Source of the DNA: Candidatus Aminicenantes bacterium | Lineage (GTDB): Bacteria; Acidobacteriota; Aminicenantia; UBA2199 | Assembly (NCBI GenBank): GCA_016934745.1 | Contig: JAFGSF010000036.1 | Span: 31,722-95,721 of the forward strand | Reading direction: 5' to 3' | DNA: 64,000 nt | Shown: positions 34,460 to 44,955 of the stretch, piece by piece | Layout: each line of letters begins with the position of its first letter | Position numbering within the stretch: position 1 is the first letter of the stretch | Position numbers and translations under genes: made by a program | The notes under the pieces: generated by a model | Databases searched by the model: none | Told to the model about the DNA's origin: nothing | The model's input: only the letters and a program-made list of their open reading frames with translations

Positions 34460-35755
34460 ATGAAAATCAAAATGATACACCTGCTTTTTTTCATTGGGAT
34501 CTTCATCACGGCCGTTGCCGGGCAGCCGGGTGAAAAGATAATTTCGGCCGCTGCGCCTGCCAATTTTGTTTCCGGACAATTGGTCGTTAAACTGACAGCC
34601 GACAGCCAGGTAGACTTGTACAATTTTGAATTTTTTGCCGGCCGCTATAAAGGCAAAATTAAAAACGTGCAGCGGGAAAAATACTTCGGGTACTTACTGA
34701 TCGAAACGACTCCCGAAACCGATTTGTCTGAGTTTAAAAAAAGATTGGCGGCTGAAAAATGGGTGCAGGATATCTCGTTCAATTACCAGGCTTCGATGAA
34801 TGGCAGGATTCCCGACGAGCAGTTTTTTTCTTATCAGTACGCGTTGCTAAACAGCGGCCAGATCTATTATCCGGAACAAAATCTTAGGGGTATTGCCGCC
34901 GCCGATATCAAGGCCAGTGAAGGCTGGGACTGGAGCATCAGCAGCCAAGATACCCTGATCGCCATTATCGATTCCGGGATTGCCCTGGAGCACGAGGATT
35001 TGAAAAACAAACTGCAGTCGGGCTATGATTTTGTCAATGACGATGCCGATCCTCAAGATGACAACGGCCATGGTACTTTTGTGGCATCCCTGGCTGCTGC
35101 CGAAACCGATAATGGCATCGGCATCGCCGGAGTGGGCTGGAATGCCATGCTGCTGCCTGTAAAAGTCCTGGACAGTTTAGGCAACGGCACTTACCTGACC
35201 ATTGCCGCCGGCATCAAATACGCTGCTGACCAGGGGGCCCAGGTGATCAACCTGAGCCTGGGCGGTGATAATGACAGTTATATCTTGCAAGATGCCTGCC
35301 AATACGCCTTCGACAAAGGTTGTATCCTGGTTGCTGCTGCGGGCGACAGCGGCAGTGAAACGGTCCAATTCCCGGCGGCATACGATTCTCTATGCCTGGC
35401 CGTCGGTGCCAGCGACGCCAACGACGTTCTGGCCCCTTTTTCCAACCGGGGCCAACAAATTGATGTGGTGGCCCCCGGTGTTTGGGTTTTCGGTGCCAGC
35501 TTCGACCCGACGCGGCCGACCGAATTGCGGTCTTATAATTGGGGCAATGGAACGTCACTGGCCGCCGCTCATGTTTCCGGAGCCGTGGCGCTGCTGATTG
35601 ACTACAAACCGCTGTTGACCAATGTGCAGGTGATGGACATTATCAAGTATACCGCTGATGACGTCAACCATGATACCCACCCAGGAGTAGACGAGGAGAT
35701 GGGCTATGGGCGCATTAATTTGCAAACCCTCCTTTCTCCATATTTCCTGAACTGA
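34460..35755 (+). CDS. secreted S8 (subtilisin-family) serine peptidase
   Basis: Catalytic triad contexts 'IAIIDSGIALEHEDL' (Asp), 'DDNGHGTFVASLAAA' (His) and 'GNGTSLAAAHVSGAVALL' (Ser). Signal peptide plus an N-terminal propeptide-like region. Confidence 0.9.
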   Translation: MKIKMIHLLFFIGIFITAVAGQPGEKIISAAAPANFVSGQLVVKLTADSQVDLYNFEFFAGRYKGKIKNVQREKYFGYLLIETTPETDLSEFKKRLAAEKWVQDISFNYQASMNGRIPDEQFFSYQYALLNSGQIYYPEQNLRGIAAADIKASEGWDWSISSQDTLIAIIDSGIALEHEDLKNKLQSGYDFVNDDADPQDDNGHGTFVASLAAAETDNGIGIAGVGWNAMLLPVKVLDSLGNGTYLTIAAGIKYAADQGAQVINLSLGGDNDSYILQDACQYAFDKGCILVAAAGDSGSETVQFPAAYDSLCLAVGASDANDVLAPFSNRGQQIDVVAPGVWVFGASFDPTRPTELRSYNWGNGTSLAAAHVSGAVALLIDYKPLLTNVQVMDIIKYTADDVNHDTHPGVDEEMGYGRINLQTLLSPYFLN

Positions 35756-37377
35756 TGCTTTCCTTTCTCAAAGTTGAAAACCTGGCGGTGGTGGAAAAAG
35801 TCGGCCTAGATTTTTCTGAACACCTGAATATCCTTACCGGAGAAACCGGAGCCGGGAAGTCAATTCTCATCGACGCCATCATGCTGCTGATCAATAAAAA
35901 AACCCCGGCAAACATCGTGCGCAACGGCACGCAAAAGTTGACGATCGAAGCTTTGTTTGTTCACCAAGACGAGGAGATCATTTTAAAAAGGGAAATCAGC
36001 AAGAGCAAATCCCTGACTTATCTCAATGGAGAACTTGTTCCCTTTTCCATGGTCAAGGAAAAAGCTGAAGTTTTGCTGAACATCTATGGCCAGAAAGACC
36101 ACATTTTCCTGCTCAATACCGCCAACCATCAGATCTTTCTTGATCGATTCGCGCAACATGGCGGCCTGCTGACGGCGTTGGCTGAAAAAAGCCGATCGCT
36201 TCGCGGACTGCAGGCCAGACGAAATGAACTGCAGGCCAAGTCCGGGCAAGCCAGAGAAAAAATCGATTATATTGATTTTCAATTGCATGAAATCGAAAGC
36301 CTCGACCTCCATCCCGGGGACGAGCAGGCGTGGCAGGAACGTTTGAAAATCCTGGCTGCGGCCGAATCAATCCTAGAAAAATCCGAAGTCCTGGTCCAGG
36401 ATTTTTATCAGAAGGATCAATCGGTTTACAACCTCCTGGCCCGTGACCTGAGTTCGGCCGCCTATCTGGGGTCATTGTTTCCGGAATTCAACCATTTAAA
36501 AGACGAAATTGACCATTTCTTTAATTTGCTGCCGGAAATATCCGGCTTTCTGAGCAACCTGGCGGGAAAGGTCGATTACAATGAAAATGAATTGAATGAA
36601 ATTTCCGAAAAACTGTCCCGACTGGAAAAACTTAAGGCCAAACACAAACTCAGCCTGGAGCAATTATTGGAAAAATACAAGCGCATGCGCCAGGAAAAAG
36701 ACGAGTTGCTCAACCTGAATTTTTCCCTGACCGATGTGGAAAAGGAGATTGCCTGCGAATTGGCCGAATACAAAATATTACTGGCACAACTCAGGGAAAG
36801 CCGGCGGAAAAACGCCAGTGAACTGAGTACATTGATTGTCAAGGAACTGTCATTTCTGGAAATGGAAAAAGCCCGCTTTGAAGTTCGCATGGAAGAAAAT
36901 GAGCCCAACCCGGAAAATATCAGTGAAACCGGCCCCGATAAAATCGAGTTTTACTTCAGTTCCAATCCCGGCCAGACCCTGGGGCGGTTAAAAGACGTGG
37001 CTTCAGGCGGCGAACTGTCGCGTTTGATGCTGGTGCTGAAATCAATCAGCGGCGACGAATCTGGAGCCACTTTCATTTTCGACGAGATCGACTCGGGTAT
37101 CGGCGGTAAAACAGCCGAATTTGTCGGCGAAAAACTGCGTAAAATTTCTGCCCAGAACCAGGTGATCAGCATTTCCCATCTTCCCCAGATTGCCCGTTTT
37201 GCCGATCGCCATTTCCTGATCAACAAGGAATTCAAAAACAACCAGACTTACAGCACGGCCCAGGTCCTGGAAAACAGCGCCCGGGTCAGGGAAATCGCCC
37301 GCTTGATGGCGGGCAGCGCCATTAATGCCGATGTACTGAAAGCCGCCGAACTTTTACTGGCCCGATCCAAAGTATGA
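35755..37377 (+). CDS. recN: DNA repair protein RecN
   Basis: 'ILTGETGAGKSILIDAI' Walker A, a long coiled coil, and the signature 'ASGGELSRLMLVLK' with 'FIFDEIDSGIGG'. The start overlaps the subtilase stop (TGATG). Confidence 0.9.
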   Translation: MLSFLKVENLAVVEKVGLDFSEHLNILTGETGAGKSILIDAIMLLINKKTPANIVRNGTQKLTIEALFVHQDEEIILKREISKSKSLTYLNGELVPFSMVKEKAEVLLNIYGQKDHIFLLNTANHQIFLDRFAQHGGLLTALAEKSRSLRGLQARRNELQAKSGQAREKIDYIDFQLHEIESLDLHPGDEQAWQERLKILAAAESILEKSEVLVQDFYQKDQSVYNLLARDLSSAAYLGSLFPEFNHLKDEIDHFFNLLPEISGFLSNLAGKVDYNENELNEISEKLSRLEKLKAKHKLSLEQLLEKYKRMRQEKDELLNLNFSLTDVEKEIACELAEYKILLAQLRESRRKNASELSTLIVKELSFLEMEKARFEVRMEENEPNPENISETGPDKIEFYFSSNPGQTLGRLKDVASGGELSRLMLVLKSISGDESGATFIFDEIDSGIGGKTAEFVGEKLRKISAQNQVISISHLPQIARFADRHFLINKEFKNNQTYSTAQVLENSARVREIARLMAGSAINADVLKAAELLLARSKV

Positions 37378-38672
37378 CTTTTTTCATCAAGACTTTCGGC
37401 TGCCAGATGAATGTCAACGATTCGGAAAAAATCCGCCACTTATTGGAAAGCAAGGGACTTGAGCTCAGTGGCAACGAAGCGACCGCCGATATCATTATTA
37501 TTAACAGTTGCGCCGTGCGCGAAAAACCCCAGGAAAAAATCTTTTCCTATATCGGCCAGTTTTCGACTGCCAAGAAAATTATCGTTGCCGGCTGCGTGGC
37601 CCAGGTAGAAAAAGGGAATATTTTCAGGAAAAAAGTCAAAGTGGATTATGTGGTCGGCACGCATCAATTCTACCGTATCGGTGAGATCATCGATGAGATT
37701 CGCCGCGGCGCCACTACCGGAGCAGCGACGGCTTTCTCAAGGCAGTGGCAGGAACTGGTTCCCAACCCGTCGGCACGCAGCAGCCGTGTCACCGGCTATA
37801 TCTCAATCATGGAGGGTTGTAATAATTTTTGTTCCTATTGCATCGTACCCTTCACCCGCGGCCGCGAAAAATACCGTCCCCTGGCCGCCATATTGCGCGA
37901 AGCCGAAATCCTGGCCAAGCAAAATTATCAGGAAATCGTCCTGCTTGGCCAGAATGTCAACCATTGGCACGAGCCGTCCGGCAGTCTGACTTTTGCCGAT
38001 ATGTTGCGATCTTTGGCCAGACAGATTCAAATACCCTGGATTCGTTTCATCACATCATATCCAGGCTACCATGACCGGGAACTGCTGGATGTCATGGCGA
38101 AAAACCGCAATATTGCCCGCCACATCCATTTCCCGGCTCAATCCGGATCGAGTCGGATCTTGAAAAAAATGCAGCGCACCTATTCCCGTTCGCATTACGT
38201 GCAGATCATCGAGGATTTTCGCCGTGCAATCCCGGAAATGAAATTCAGTTCAGATTTCATTGTCGGTTTCCCGGGCGAAAGCAGCCACGATTTCAACCTG
38301 ACCATGTCCCTGCTTGAACGGATGCAATACGAATCGGTTTTCTCCTTTATCTATTCGCCGCGGCCCCACACCAGCGCCGCCGCGATGGCCGTCACTGTGC
38401 CTGCCGCAATAGCCAAGGAGCGCTTGCTGGCTTTGCAAAAACTGCAAGCGGATATCCAGCTGCAAAACAACCGCCAATTGATTGGTCAGACCATCCGGGT
38501 TTTGATTGTTGGCAGACACGGTAAAAAACCTGGAGATGTCATTGCACGCAGCGAGAGCTACCGCGTGGTCAATTTTTCATCACAAACACCCGTCGGCACG
38601 TTCGCCATGGTTAAAATTACCGCTGCAGGCTCCCATTCTTTGCGCGGCGAACAGGTCGACATGGTGGTTTAG
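37374..38672 (+). CDS. miaB: tRNA-2-methylthio-N6-dimethylallyladenosine synthase
   Basis: 'FIKTFGCQMNVNDSE' N-terminal cluster, radical-SAM 'GCNNFCSYCIVP', and a C-terminal TRAM domain. ATGA overlap with the recN stop. Confidence 0.9.
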   Translation: MTFFIKTFGCQMNVNDSEKIRHLLESKGLELSGNEATADIIIINSCAVREKPQEKIFSYIGQFSTAKKIIVAGCVAQVEKGNIFRKKVKVDYVVGTHQFYRIGEIIDEIRRGATTGAATAFSRQWQELVPNPSARSSRVTGYISIMEGCNNFCSYCIVPFTRGREKYRPLAAILREAEILAKQNYQEIVLLGQNVNHWHEPSGSLTFADMLRSLARQIQIPWIRFITSYPGYHDRELLDVMAKNRNIARHIHFPAQSGSSRILKKMQRTYSRSHYVQIIEDFRRAIPEMKFSSDFIVGFPGESSHDFNLTMSLLERMQYESVFSFIYSPRPHTSAAAMAVTVPAAIAKERLLALQKLQADIQLQNNRQLIGQTIRVLIVGRHGKKPGDVIARSESYRVVNFSSQTPVGTFAMVKITAAGSHSLRGEQVDMVV

Positions 38673-38678
38673 TGCAGT

Positions 38679-39356
38679 TTATTTTTTCTTCCGCGAGTCA
38701 CACAAAGCGATCGCACGCACCGGGGCGCCATCAGCTTCTGCAATTTTCAGCGGCAGGCAGCAAAATAAAAATTCGGCCGCAGGGATGTTTTGAAGATTGG
38801 CCATGTTCTCAATGAGGACGATGTTCTTGTTCAAGAAAATATGGTGGATCGGCAATGTGCTGGAGTCATGGACGTCAAAGGAAATCGTGTCCACGCCGAC
38901 CCCCTTGAAACCAAAACTGCTCAGCCATTGTGCCGCTTCTTGCGAAAGTACTGGATAGTTGCTGAAATATCTCTTATGCCCCCAATGTTTACTCCATGCC
39001 GTGTGCAGAAGCGCAAAGTTCTTTCCATTCAATAGTCTGCGGAAACGGAGCAGATCGTCCTTGGTGATGATATGGCCCGCTACGCACGACACATCCAGAA
39101 CCGCGGCAGCGCCTACAAAATGGGGCAAGCCCAATTGCTCCAACGTGGGTCCGGCTTCGAGTAAATGGGCCGGAGCATCCATATGGGTTCCGCTGTGGGT
39201 CAGCATGGTGATCCGTTGCTCGGCAAATCCATGGCTGGCCAATGTGAAAGGCTTGAAAAAAACAGGCGCTTCCGTCCCCGGAAAATAGGGCATGGCGGGT
39301 GAAATCGTATGACTCAGATCGGTTGCGGTCAATCCGGTGAAAAAATCGTTTTTCAT
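38679..39356 (-). CDS. cyclase family protein (kynurenine-formamidase-like)
   Basis: 'LTHSGTHMDAPAHL' HxGTHxDxPxH motif. Start taken at ATG 39356 ('MKNDFFTG'), which avoids overlap with ligA. Confidence 0.8.
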   Translation of the reverse strand: MKNDFFTGLTATDLSHTISPAMPYFPGTEAPVFFKPFTLASHGFAEQRITMLTHSGTHMDAPAHLLEAGPTLEQLGLPHFVGAAAVLDVSCVAGHIITKDDLLRFRRLLNGKNFALLHTAWSKHWGHKRYFSNYPVLSQEAAQWLSSFGFKGVGVDTISFDVHDSSTLPIHHIFLNKNIVLIENMANLQNIPAAEFLFCCLPLKIAEADGAPVRAIALCDSRKKK

Positions 39357-39372
39357 AATTAATTCCTTAAAA

Positions 39373-41415
39373 TCATTTTTTACGCAACAGGCGCAAAAAG
39401 TCATTCTCGCTGATGATTTTGACATGGTTCTTTTCGGCTCGGGCCAATTTGGAGCCGGGATTAGCACCTCTCAGCAGGTGTGTGGTCCGGGTGCTTACAT
39501 TTTCCAGCACACGGCCCCCACGTTTTTCGATCTCCGCGGCCGCAAGCGAGCGGGGGATGAACTTGGCCAATGACCCTGTAATGACCCAAATTTGGCCGGC
39601 AAAAGCATTATTAATTCGGGGGGCAGCTTTCTCTTCAGTTGCGAATTTCAGTCCCATTTCCTTCAGGCTGGAGATTAATTGCAGGTTCTCGGGCTTGCTG
39701 AAATGGCCGACCAGCAGCCGCCCGGTGGTTTCGCCTATGCCTTCGATGGCAGCGAATATTTCCCAATCATTTTTTTTGGCGGCGGCGATGATCTTGTCCA
39801 TGGAATCAAAACCATGAGCGATCAAGGCGTTGGCTGCAGCGGAAGCTACTCCGTCTAAGCCAAGGGCGGCCAGGACCCTGGCAAATGGCCGAGTTTTGCT
39901 TGAGGCTACGCCGGCGCGGATGCGGGCGATTTTTTTTTCTTTAAAGCCTTCTTCCCCGGCCAGCATGGCATAATCAAAGCTGTAAATATCGGGGATGCTT
40001 TGCACCCAACCTTTGGCGAAGAGCAACGCGATGGTTTTTTCCCCCAGAGCCTCGATGTCCATCTGTTCCTTGGCGCAAAAATAATTGAGGCCACGCCGAC
40101 GCCGCTCGGGGCAGGTGTCATTTTTGCAGAAATGATGGGCACCCTCTTTAACCAATGGCGTTGAGCAGAAAGGACAATATTCTGGAATTTTATATATAGA
40201 CGGATGGGAATCACCTTTTTCCAGCACGTCATCGACGGCCGGAATGACGTCTCCACGCTTGGAAATGCTGACCTCATCGCCTATGCCCAGTTCCAGCATG
40301 TTGATGTAATCCTGGTTATGCAGCGTGGCCCGTGTGACCGTGCTCCCGGAAAGGGCCACCGGTTTCAACAGCGCCACCGGAGTCACACGTCCGTTGCGCC
40401 CTATCTGGACCTGAATGTCAAGCAAGATGGTCCGGCCCTGCGGGGAGTCGAACTTGTAAGCCATGGCCCAGCGCGGATGGTGGGCGGTGGTACCAAGCTC
40501 CTGACGGATGTTCATTTCCACCACCTTGACCACCAGACCGTCAATGTCGTACGGCAATTCCCTGCGCGTGGCTGCCTGCCGGCGCAGGTATTCCTGCACG
40601 GAAGCTAAGGGAGCGGCCGTGATGGCAGGAAACATCCGACGCGCCTGCAGCCGCTTGGCGTCATCGTCGGAAAAAAATCCCAAGCGCGGATTGACACGAA
40701 ATCCCAATTGCGCCAACCGTTGAAGGATGTCCAGGTGGTCGGGGATCGATTCATTCTGAAAAAAACCTTCATAAACAAAAATATTCAAGGGTACCTTGGC
40801 AGTCAAGGCCGATTTGAGGTTGCGCAGTGATCCCGCTGCCAGGTTGCGCGGATTGGCGTATTTTTCAGCCATTCCTGAATTGAAACATTCAAAATCCGGG
40901 CGCGTGATATAAATTTCGCCGCGTACCGCCAAGGGCGAGGATTCAGCGATGCGCAGAGGAACCTGGCTGATGGTGCGCACGTTGGCGCTGACATCGTTTC
41001 CCAGTAAACCGTTGCCCCGGGTCAGGGCGTATTGCAATTCTCCCCGGTCATAGTAGAGGACGATGGATGCGCCGTCAATTTTTTCCTCAATAGTGAATCC
41101 GATGTTGCTTGCGGCCGCGGCCGCTGTTTTCAGAAGCCATTGCCCGAGTTCTTCAGGATGGTAAAGCTTGTCCAGGCTCAGCACGGGCACGCCATGCGTT
41201 TTTTCCGGAAAAGTATTGTCCAGGTCGGACCCCACCCTGCGAATGGGTGAATTGATACTGGCGTATTGGGGAAACCTCTTTTCCAGGTTGGCCAGCTCAT
41301 CAAACAAGCGGTCGTATGCTTTGTCGCTGATTTCGGGACGGGCTTGAACGTAATACAAATGCTGGTGTTTAAGCAATTCAGCGGCGATTTCTTCCATCCG
41401 CTTCTTATAATCCAT
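39373..41415 (-). CDS. ligA: NAD-dependent DNA ligase
   Basis: 680 aa. Adenylation 'IEEKIDGASI', a Zn finger 'CPFCSTPLVKEGAHHFCKNDTCP', HhH repeats and a C-terminal BRCT domain. Confidence 0.95.
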   Translation of the reverse strand: MDYKKRMEEIAAELLKHQHLYYVQARPEISDKAYDRLFDELANLEKRFPQYASINSPIRRVGSDLDNTFPEKTHGVPVLSLDKLYHPEELGQWLLKTAAAAASNIGFTIEEKIDGASIVLYYDRGELQYALTRGNGLLGNDVSANVRTISQVPLRIAESSPLAVRGEIYITRPDFECFNSGMAEKYANPRNLAAGSLRNLKSALTAKVPLNIFVYEGFFQNESIPDHLDILQRLAQLGFRVNPRLGFFSDDDAKRLQARRMFPAITAAPLASVQEYLRRQAATRRELPYDIDGLVVKVVEMNIRQELGTTAHHPRWAMAYKFDSPQGRTILLDIQVQIGRNGRVTPVALLKPVALSGSTVTRATLHNQDYINMLELGIGDEVSISKRGDVIPAVDDVLEKGDSHPSIYKIPEYCPFCSTPLVKEGAHHFCKNDTCPERRRRGLNYFCAKEQMDIEALGEKTIALLFAKGWVQSIPDIYSFDYAMLAGEEGFKEKKIARIRAGVASSKTRPFARVLAALGLDGVASAAANALIAHGFDSMDKIIAAAKKNDWEIFAAIEGIGETTGRLLVGHFSKPENLQLISSLKEMGLKFATEEKAAPRINNAFAGQIWVITGSLAKFIPRSLAAAEIEKRGGRVLENVSTRTTHLLRGANPGSKLARAEKNHVKIISENDFLRLLRKK

Positions 41416-41491
41416 GGGGCAATTATAAAAAAAAACTGCTGTGGAGTAAACAGCACGCAGACAATCATTTTTATTTCTATTTTGAAAACAA

Positions 41492-41518
41492 TTGACAAAT
41501 AGCGGAAAAAACTATAAT
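41492..41518 (+). promoter_or_regulatory. candidate sigma70 promoter
   Basis: Perfect hexamers TTGACA (41492-41497) and TATAAT (41513-41518), but a short 15-nt spacer. Lies 25 nt upstream of ATG 41544. Confidence 0.4.
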
Positions 41519-41543
41519 ATTAATCTTTATTTAAGAGAGATAA

Positions 41544-42083
41544 ATGAGCTTAAAAGGATCGCTATCATCAATCAATCTGGCCGACATCATCCAACTTGTT
41601 TCCAATTCCAATCAAAGCGGCCGCTTCATTCTGACGCGCCCGAGCGGACAGCAGGGAATGATTTACCTGAAAAAAGGTGAAATAGTCCATGCAGAAGCTG
41701 ATTCTTTCAAAGGTGAAGATGCTATTTTCACCCTGATCTCCTGGAATGAAGGCGAATTTGTTTTTGAAGAAGGGATTGTGGATACTCCCACCAGTATTCA
41801 GCGACCGATAACTTCTCTGCTCATGGAATCGGCGCGCCGCATCGACGAATGGAAACTGCTGCGCAAAAAAATCGGCTCGATCGATGCCATTCCCGAATTC
41901 AGCGACATCGACCGCCAGGAACGCCGTAAAATTTCCCTTTCAACCATGGAATGGGTGATCATTGCCAAAATCGACGGCAAAAAAAATATCAACCAGATTT
42001 CCAAGGAATGTGCGGTCAATATCTTCGATACGGCACGCATTATTTACGGCATGGTTACTTCGGACCTGATCAAGCTGAAGTAA
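41544..42083 (+). CDS. DUF4388 (PatA-N-like) domain protein
   Basis: 'LKGSLSSINLADIIQLVSNSNQSGRFILT...GMIYLKKGEIVHAE' is the DUF4388 signature. Confidence 0.65.
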   Translation: MSLKGSLSSINLADIIQLVSNSNQSGRFILTRPSGQQGMIYLKKGEIVHAEADSFKGEDAIFTLISWNEGEFVFEEGIVDTPTSIQRPITSLLMESARRIDEWKLLRKKIGSIDAIPEFSDIDRQERRKISLSTMEWVIIAKIDGKKNINQISKECAVNIFDTARIIYGMVTSDLIKLK

Positions 42084-42124
42084 AAAACGCGGCGTCTGGA
42101 AGCTGATTCCCTAATCAATAATTT

Positions 42125-42496
42125 CTATTCGATTACGACCAGGGCCACTGCCATATCTTTGGTATGGGAAAGGGACAGGAATACGTTTTCTAATTTTAAA
42201 TTATTGAATTTTTTCAGCGCGGCTGCCGCCAGCTGGATCTGCGGTTTGCCGAGCTCATCATTTTCCACTTCAACGTCCTGCCAGCTCATGCCGTCACGGA
42301 ACCCGGTGCCCAGCGCTTTAAAAAAAGCTTCTTTGGCGGTGAAGCGGGCCGCGTAATGCTGGGCTTTGAAATACTTGCTTTCGCAGTAACTGATTTCTCG
42401 GGCAGTGAAAACTCTTTCGACAAATCCATTGTCCTGCTCCAGCAGTTTACCTATACGACCGATTTCGACCAGGTCCACGCCGATGCCCTTGATCAT
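42125..42496 (-). CDS. acpS: holo-[acyl-carrier-protein] synthase
   Basis: 'MIKGIGVDLVEIGRI' and 'FTAKEAFFKALG', 123 aa. Confidence 0.9.
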   Translation of the reverse strand: MIKGIGVDLVEIGRIGKLLEQDNGFVERVFTAREISYCESKYFKAQHYAARFTAKEAFFKALGTGFRDGMSWQDVEVENDELGKPQIQLAAAALKKFNNLKLENVFLSLSHTKDMAVALVVIE

Positions 42497-42596
42497 GTCA
42501 TCACCTTCAACACAGTATAGAAAATTAAGCCGGAAAAATCAACCGCAGTGAAGTCGGCCGACGTTTTTTTGTGTCCGGTAGTATGGTATACTGTGA

Positions 42597-44927
42597 ATGC
42601 TCATGAAGCAATTTATTTTAAAACATTTGAAAATTATTTTTATTGTCGGCAGCATTCTGATCACCATATTATTGGGAATTTTAGTGGGGTTAATTCTCGT
42701 CTATCAGAAGGGTTTTCCGCAAATAAGGAATTTGGAAGACATCAAGCCCGTGGTGATGACTACCGTTTATGATGATCAAAATTCGGCGATCAAGAATTTT
42801 GCCATTGAAAAACGGGTCATCGTTAAAAGTGCGGATATTCCGGAAATCCTAAAAAAAGCGCTTGTTTGTGCCGAAGACAACCAATTTTATGGTCATTGGG
42901 GAATTAATTTTCGCGGCTTCATCCGTGCCGTAGGCGGTGTTGTATTGCGCAAGAAATGGGGCGGTGGCAGTTCCATTACTCAGCAGCTGGCTCGAGGTCT
43001 TTTCCTGACTCCGGAATTCACCCTGAGCCGCAAGTTGAAGGAAATGCTGCTGGCAATCCAGATTGAAAAAAAATACACCAAAGACCAGATATTGACCTTC
43101 TATTGTAACAAGATATTTTTAGGCGGCAGCATTTATGGAGTCGAAGCCGCTGCCCGTTTCTATTTCGGAAAACCTGTAAAAGAAGTCAATCTGGCCGAAG
43201 CAGCCCTGATTGCTGGCATTATTCCCAACCCCAATGGATTATATGCGGTTTTCAAAAGGCCGGAAAACACACTCAAGCGTCGGAATTATATATTGCTCAA
43301 AATGCTGCTGCTGAAGGCCATTACTAAATCTGAATACCAGAAAGCCTTAACCGTCAAGCTGCCGGAAAAACCCTTTGATGCGGGCAGTGAGTCTCTGGCC
43401 GATTACTTTACCGAGGATACGCGCAAATACCTGGAAAGCAAATACGGTGACAATCTTCTTTATAAGGGCGGACTGAAGGTCTTCACTACCCTGAATGGTG
43501 AAATGCAGCGCTGGGCGGAGGATGCGCTCCGGGAAGGCTTGCGGGCTTTGGACAAGCGCCGCGGCTGGCGAAGTCGCGACAAATTATTCAATTTAATTGA
43601 AAACAAGCTGGATGTCTCGACATATCAGTTGCCGGCTTGGGAAAACATCAAAATCGAGCCCGACCAAATCATTGAAGGCGTGGTTATGGACGTGGGTAAA
43701 GTCAAGGTCATTGTGCGCATCGCGGCTTTTCGGGGCGAAATGAAGTCAGTGGCGGTTAAATGGACAAAAAGAACCCTGCCGCGACTCTTAAAATCAGGCG
43801 ATATCGCCCTGTTCAGGATATTGGCCGTGGACACGGCAAAAAAGAAACTGGATCTGAGCCTGGAGCAGGAACCTGAGGTGGACGGCGCCATTCTGGTCGT
43901 GGATAATAAAACCGGAGAAATCAAGGCCATGGTCGGCGGGTACGCTTTCCAAAAAAGCAAATTCAATCGCGCTATTCAAGCCATGCGGCAAACCGGTTCG
44001 ACCTTCAAGCCGATCATTTATACAGCCGCACTGGAACACGGTTTTTCGGCGGCTACCATTATCCAGGACGAGCCATTTTCATTTGTGGACGAGTGGACGG
44101 GAGAACTGTGGGAACCCAGGAATCACCGGGAAGATTTCAAAGGGCCGCTGACTATGCGCCGCGGTTTGGAGCAATCCCGGAACGTGATCACGGCCCGAAT
44201 TCTCGAGACCATTACGCCGGCCGTAGGCCTGGAATATGCCAAGAAATTCGGCATCACTTCTGATCTTAAACCCTACATGTCCATGGCCCTCGGGGCTTTT
44301 GAAGTATCGCTCAAGGAAATGGTCGAAGCGTTTACGGTTTTCCCCAATTATGGCATTCGGGTCAATTCCTATTTTATCCGCAGTATCAGCGATCTGAATA
44401 ATAATATCGTCGAAGAAAACTTTCCGGATCGCAAGCAGGTCGTCGAAAAAGAGACCGCCTTCATCATGAATTATCTATTGCAGGGGGTGGTTCAATCGGG
44501 TACGGGCTGGAGAGCAAGGGGCCTGCCGGCGCCGATCGGCGGGAAGACCGGTACAACCAATGATTTCACTGATGCCTGGTTCATTGGTTTTTCGCCTACA
44601 TTAACCGTCGGTGTCTGGGTAGGTTTTGATCAGAAAAAAAGCCTGGGCAACGAAGAAACCGGCTCGTCTACGGCCGCGCCGATTTTTGTCGATTTTATGG
44701 AAAAATATTTGAGCAAATATCCGGAAACCAATAAATTCCGCATTCCTTCCGGTGTCTACATGATCACCATTGACAAGTATACGGGAAAACTGGTGACTCC
44801 CGACTGCCTTTACCCTTTCAGTGAAGCTTTTTTACCAGGCACGGAGCCTCTTGAATTCTGCAACGACGAGGAGCACCAGAAAATCTACAATTATTTTAAA
44901 ACCGAAGAAGAGAGCGATGAAGATTAA
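42597..44927 (+). CDS. mrcA: class A penicillin-binding protein (PBP1A-type transglycosylase/transpeptidase)
   Basis: Glycosyltransferase motifs 'EDNQFYGHWGI' and 'GGSSITQQLAR'. Transpeptidase motifs 'STFKP', 'SRN' and 'KTGTT'. Confidence 0.9.
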   Translation: MLMKQFILKHLKIIFIVGSILITILLGILVGLILVYQKGFPQIRNLEDIKPVVMTTVYDDQNSAIKNFAIEKRVIVKSADIPEILKKALVCAEDNQFYGHWGINFRGFIRAVGGVVLRKKWGGGSSITQQLARGLFLTPEFTLSRKLKEMLLAIQIEKKYTKDQILTFYCNKIFLGGSIYGVEAAARFYFGKPVKEVNLAEAALIAGIIPNPNGLYAVFKRPENTLKRRNYILLKMLLLKAITKSEYQKALTVKLPEKPFDAGSESLADYFTEDTRKYLESKYGDNLLYKGGLKVFTTLNGEMQRWAEDALREGLRALDKRRGWRSRDKLFNLIENKLDVSTYQLPAWENIKIEPDQIIEGVVMDVGKVKVIVRIAAFRGEMKSVAVKWTKRTLPRLLKSGDIALFRILAVDTAKKKLDLSLEQEPEVDGAILVVDNKTGEIKAMVGGYAFQKSKFNRAIQAMRQTGSTFKPIIYTAALEHGFSAATIIQDEPFSFVDEWTGELWEPRNHREDFKGPLTMRRGLEQSRNVITARILETITPAVGLEYAKKFGITSDLKPYMSMALGAFEVSLKEMVEAFTVFPNYGIRVNSYFIRSISDLNNNIVEENFPDRKQVVEKETAFIMNYLLQGVVQSGTGWRARGLPAPIGGKTGTTNDFTDAWFIGFSPTLTVGVWVGFDQKKSLGNEETGSSTAAPIFVDFMEKYLSKYPETNKFRIPSGVYMITIDKYTGKLVTPDCLYPFSEAFLPGTEPLEFCNDEEHQKIYNYFKTEEESDED

Positions 44928-44955
44928 GCGCGGATGACCTCCGGATTGACGTGGC

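Noticed and set aside
42553-42591. A palindrome gtcggccgac + T7, and an extended -10-like 'TGgTATACT' just before the PBP1A start, as a possible terminator/leaderless promoter pair.
   Set aside because: The palindrome leaves only a 3-bp stem once a loop is allowed. No -35 element is present (a T-run only), and the spacing to either ATG (42597 or 42603) is ambiguous.
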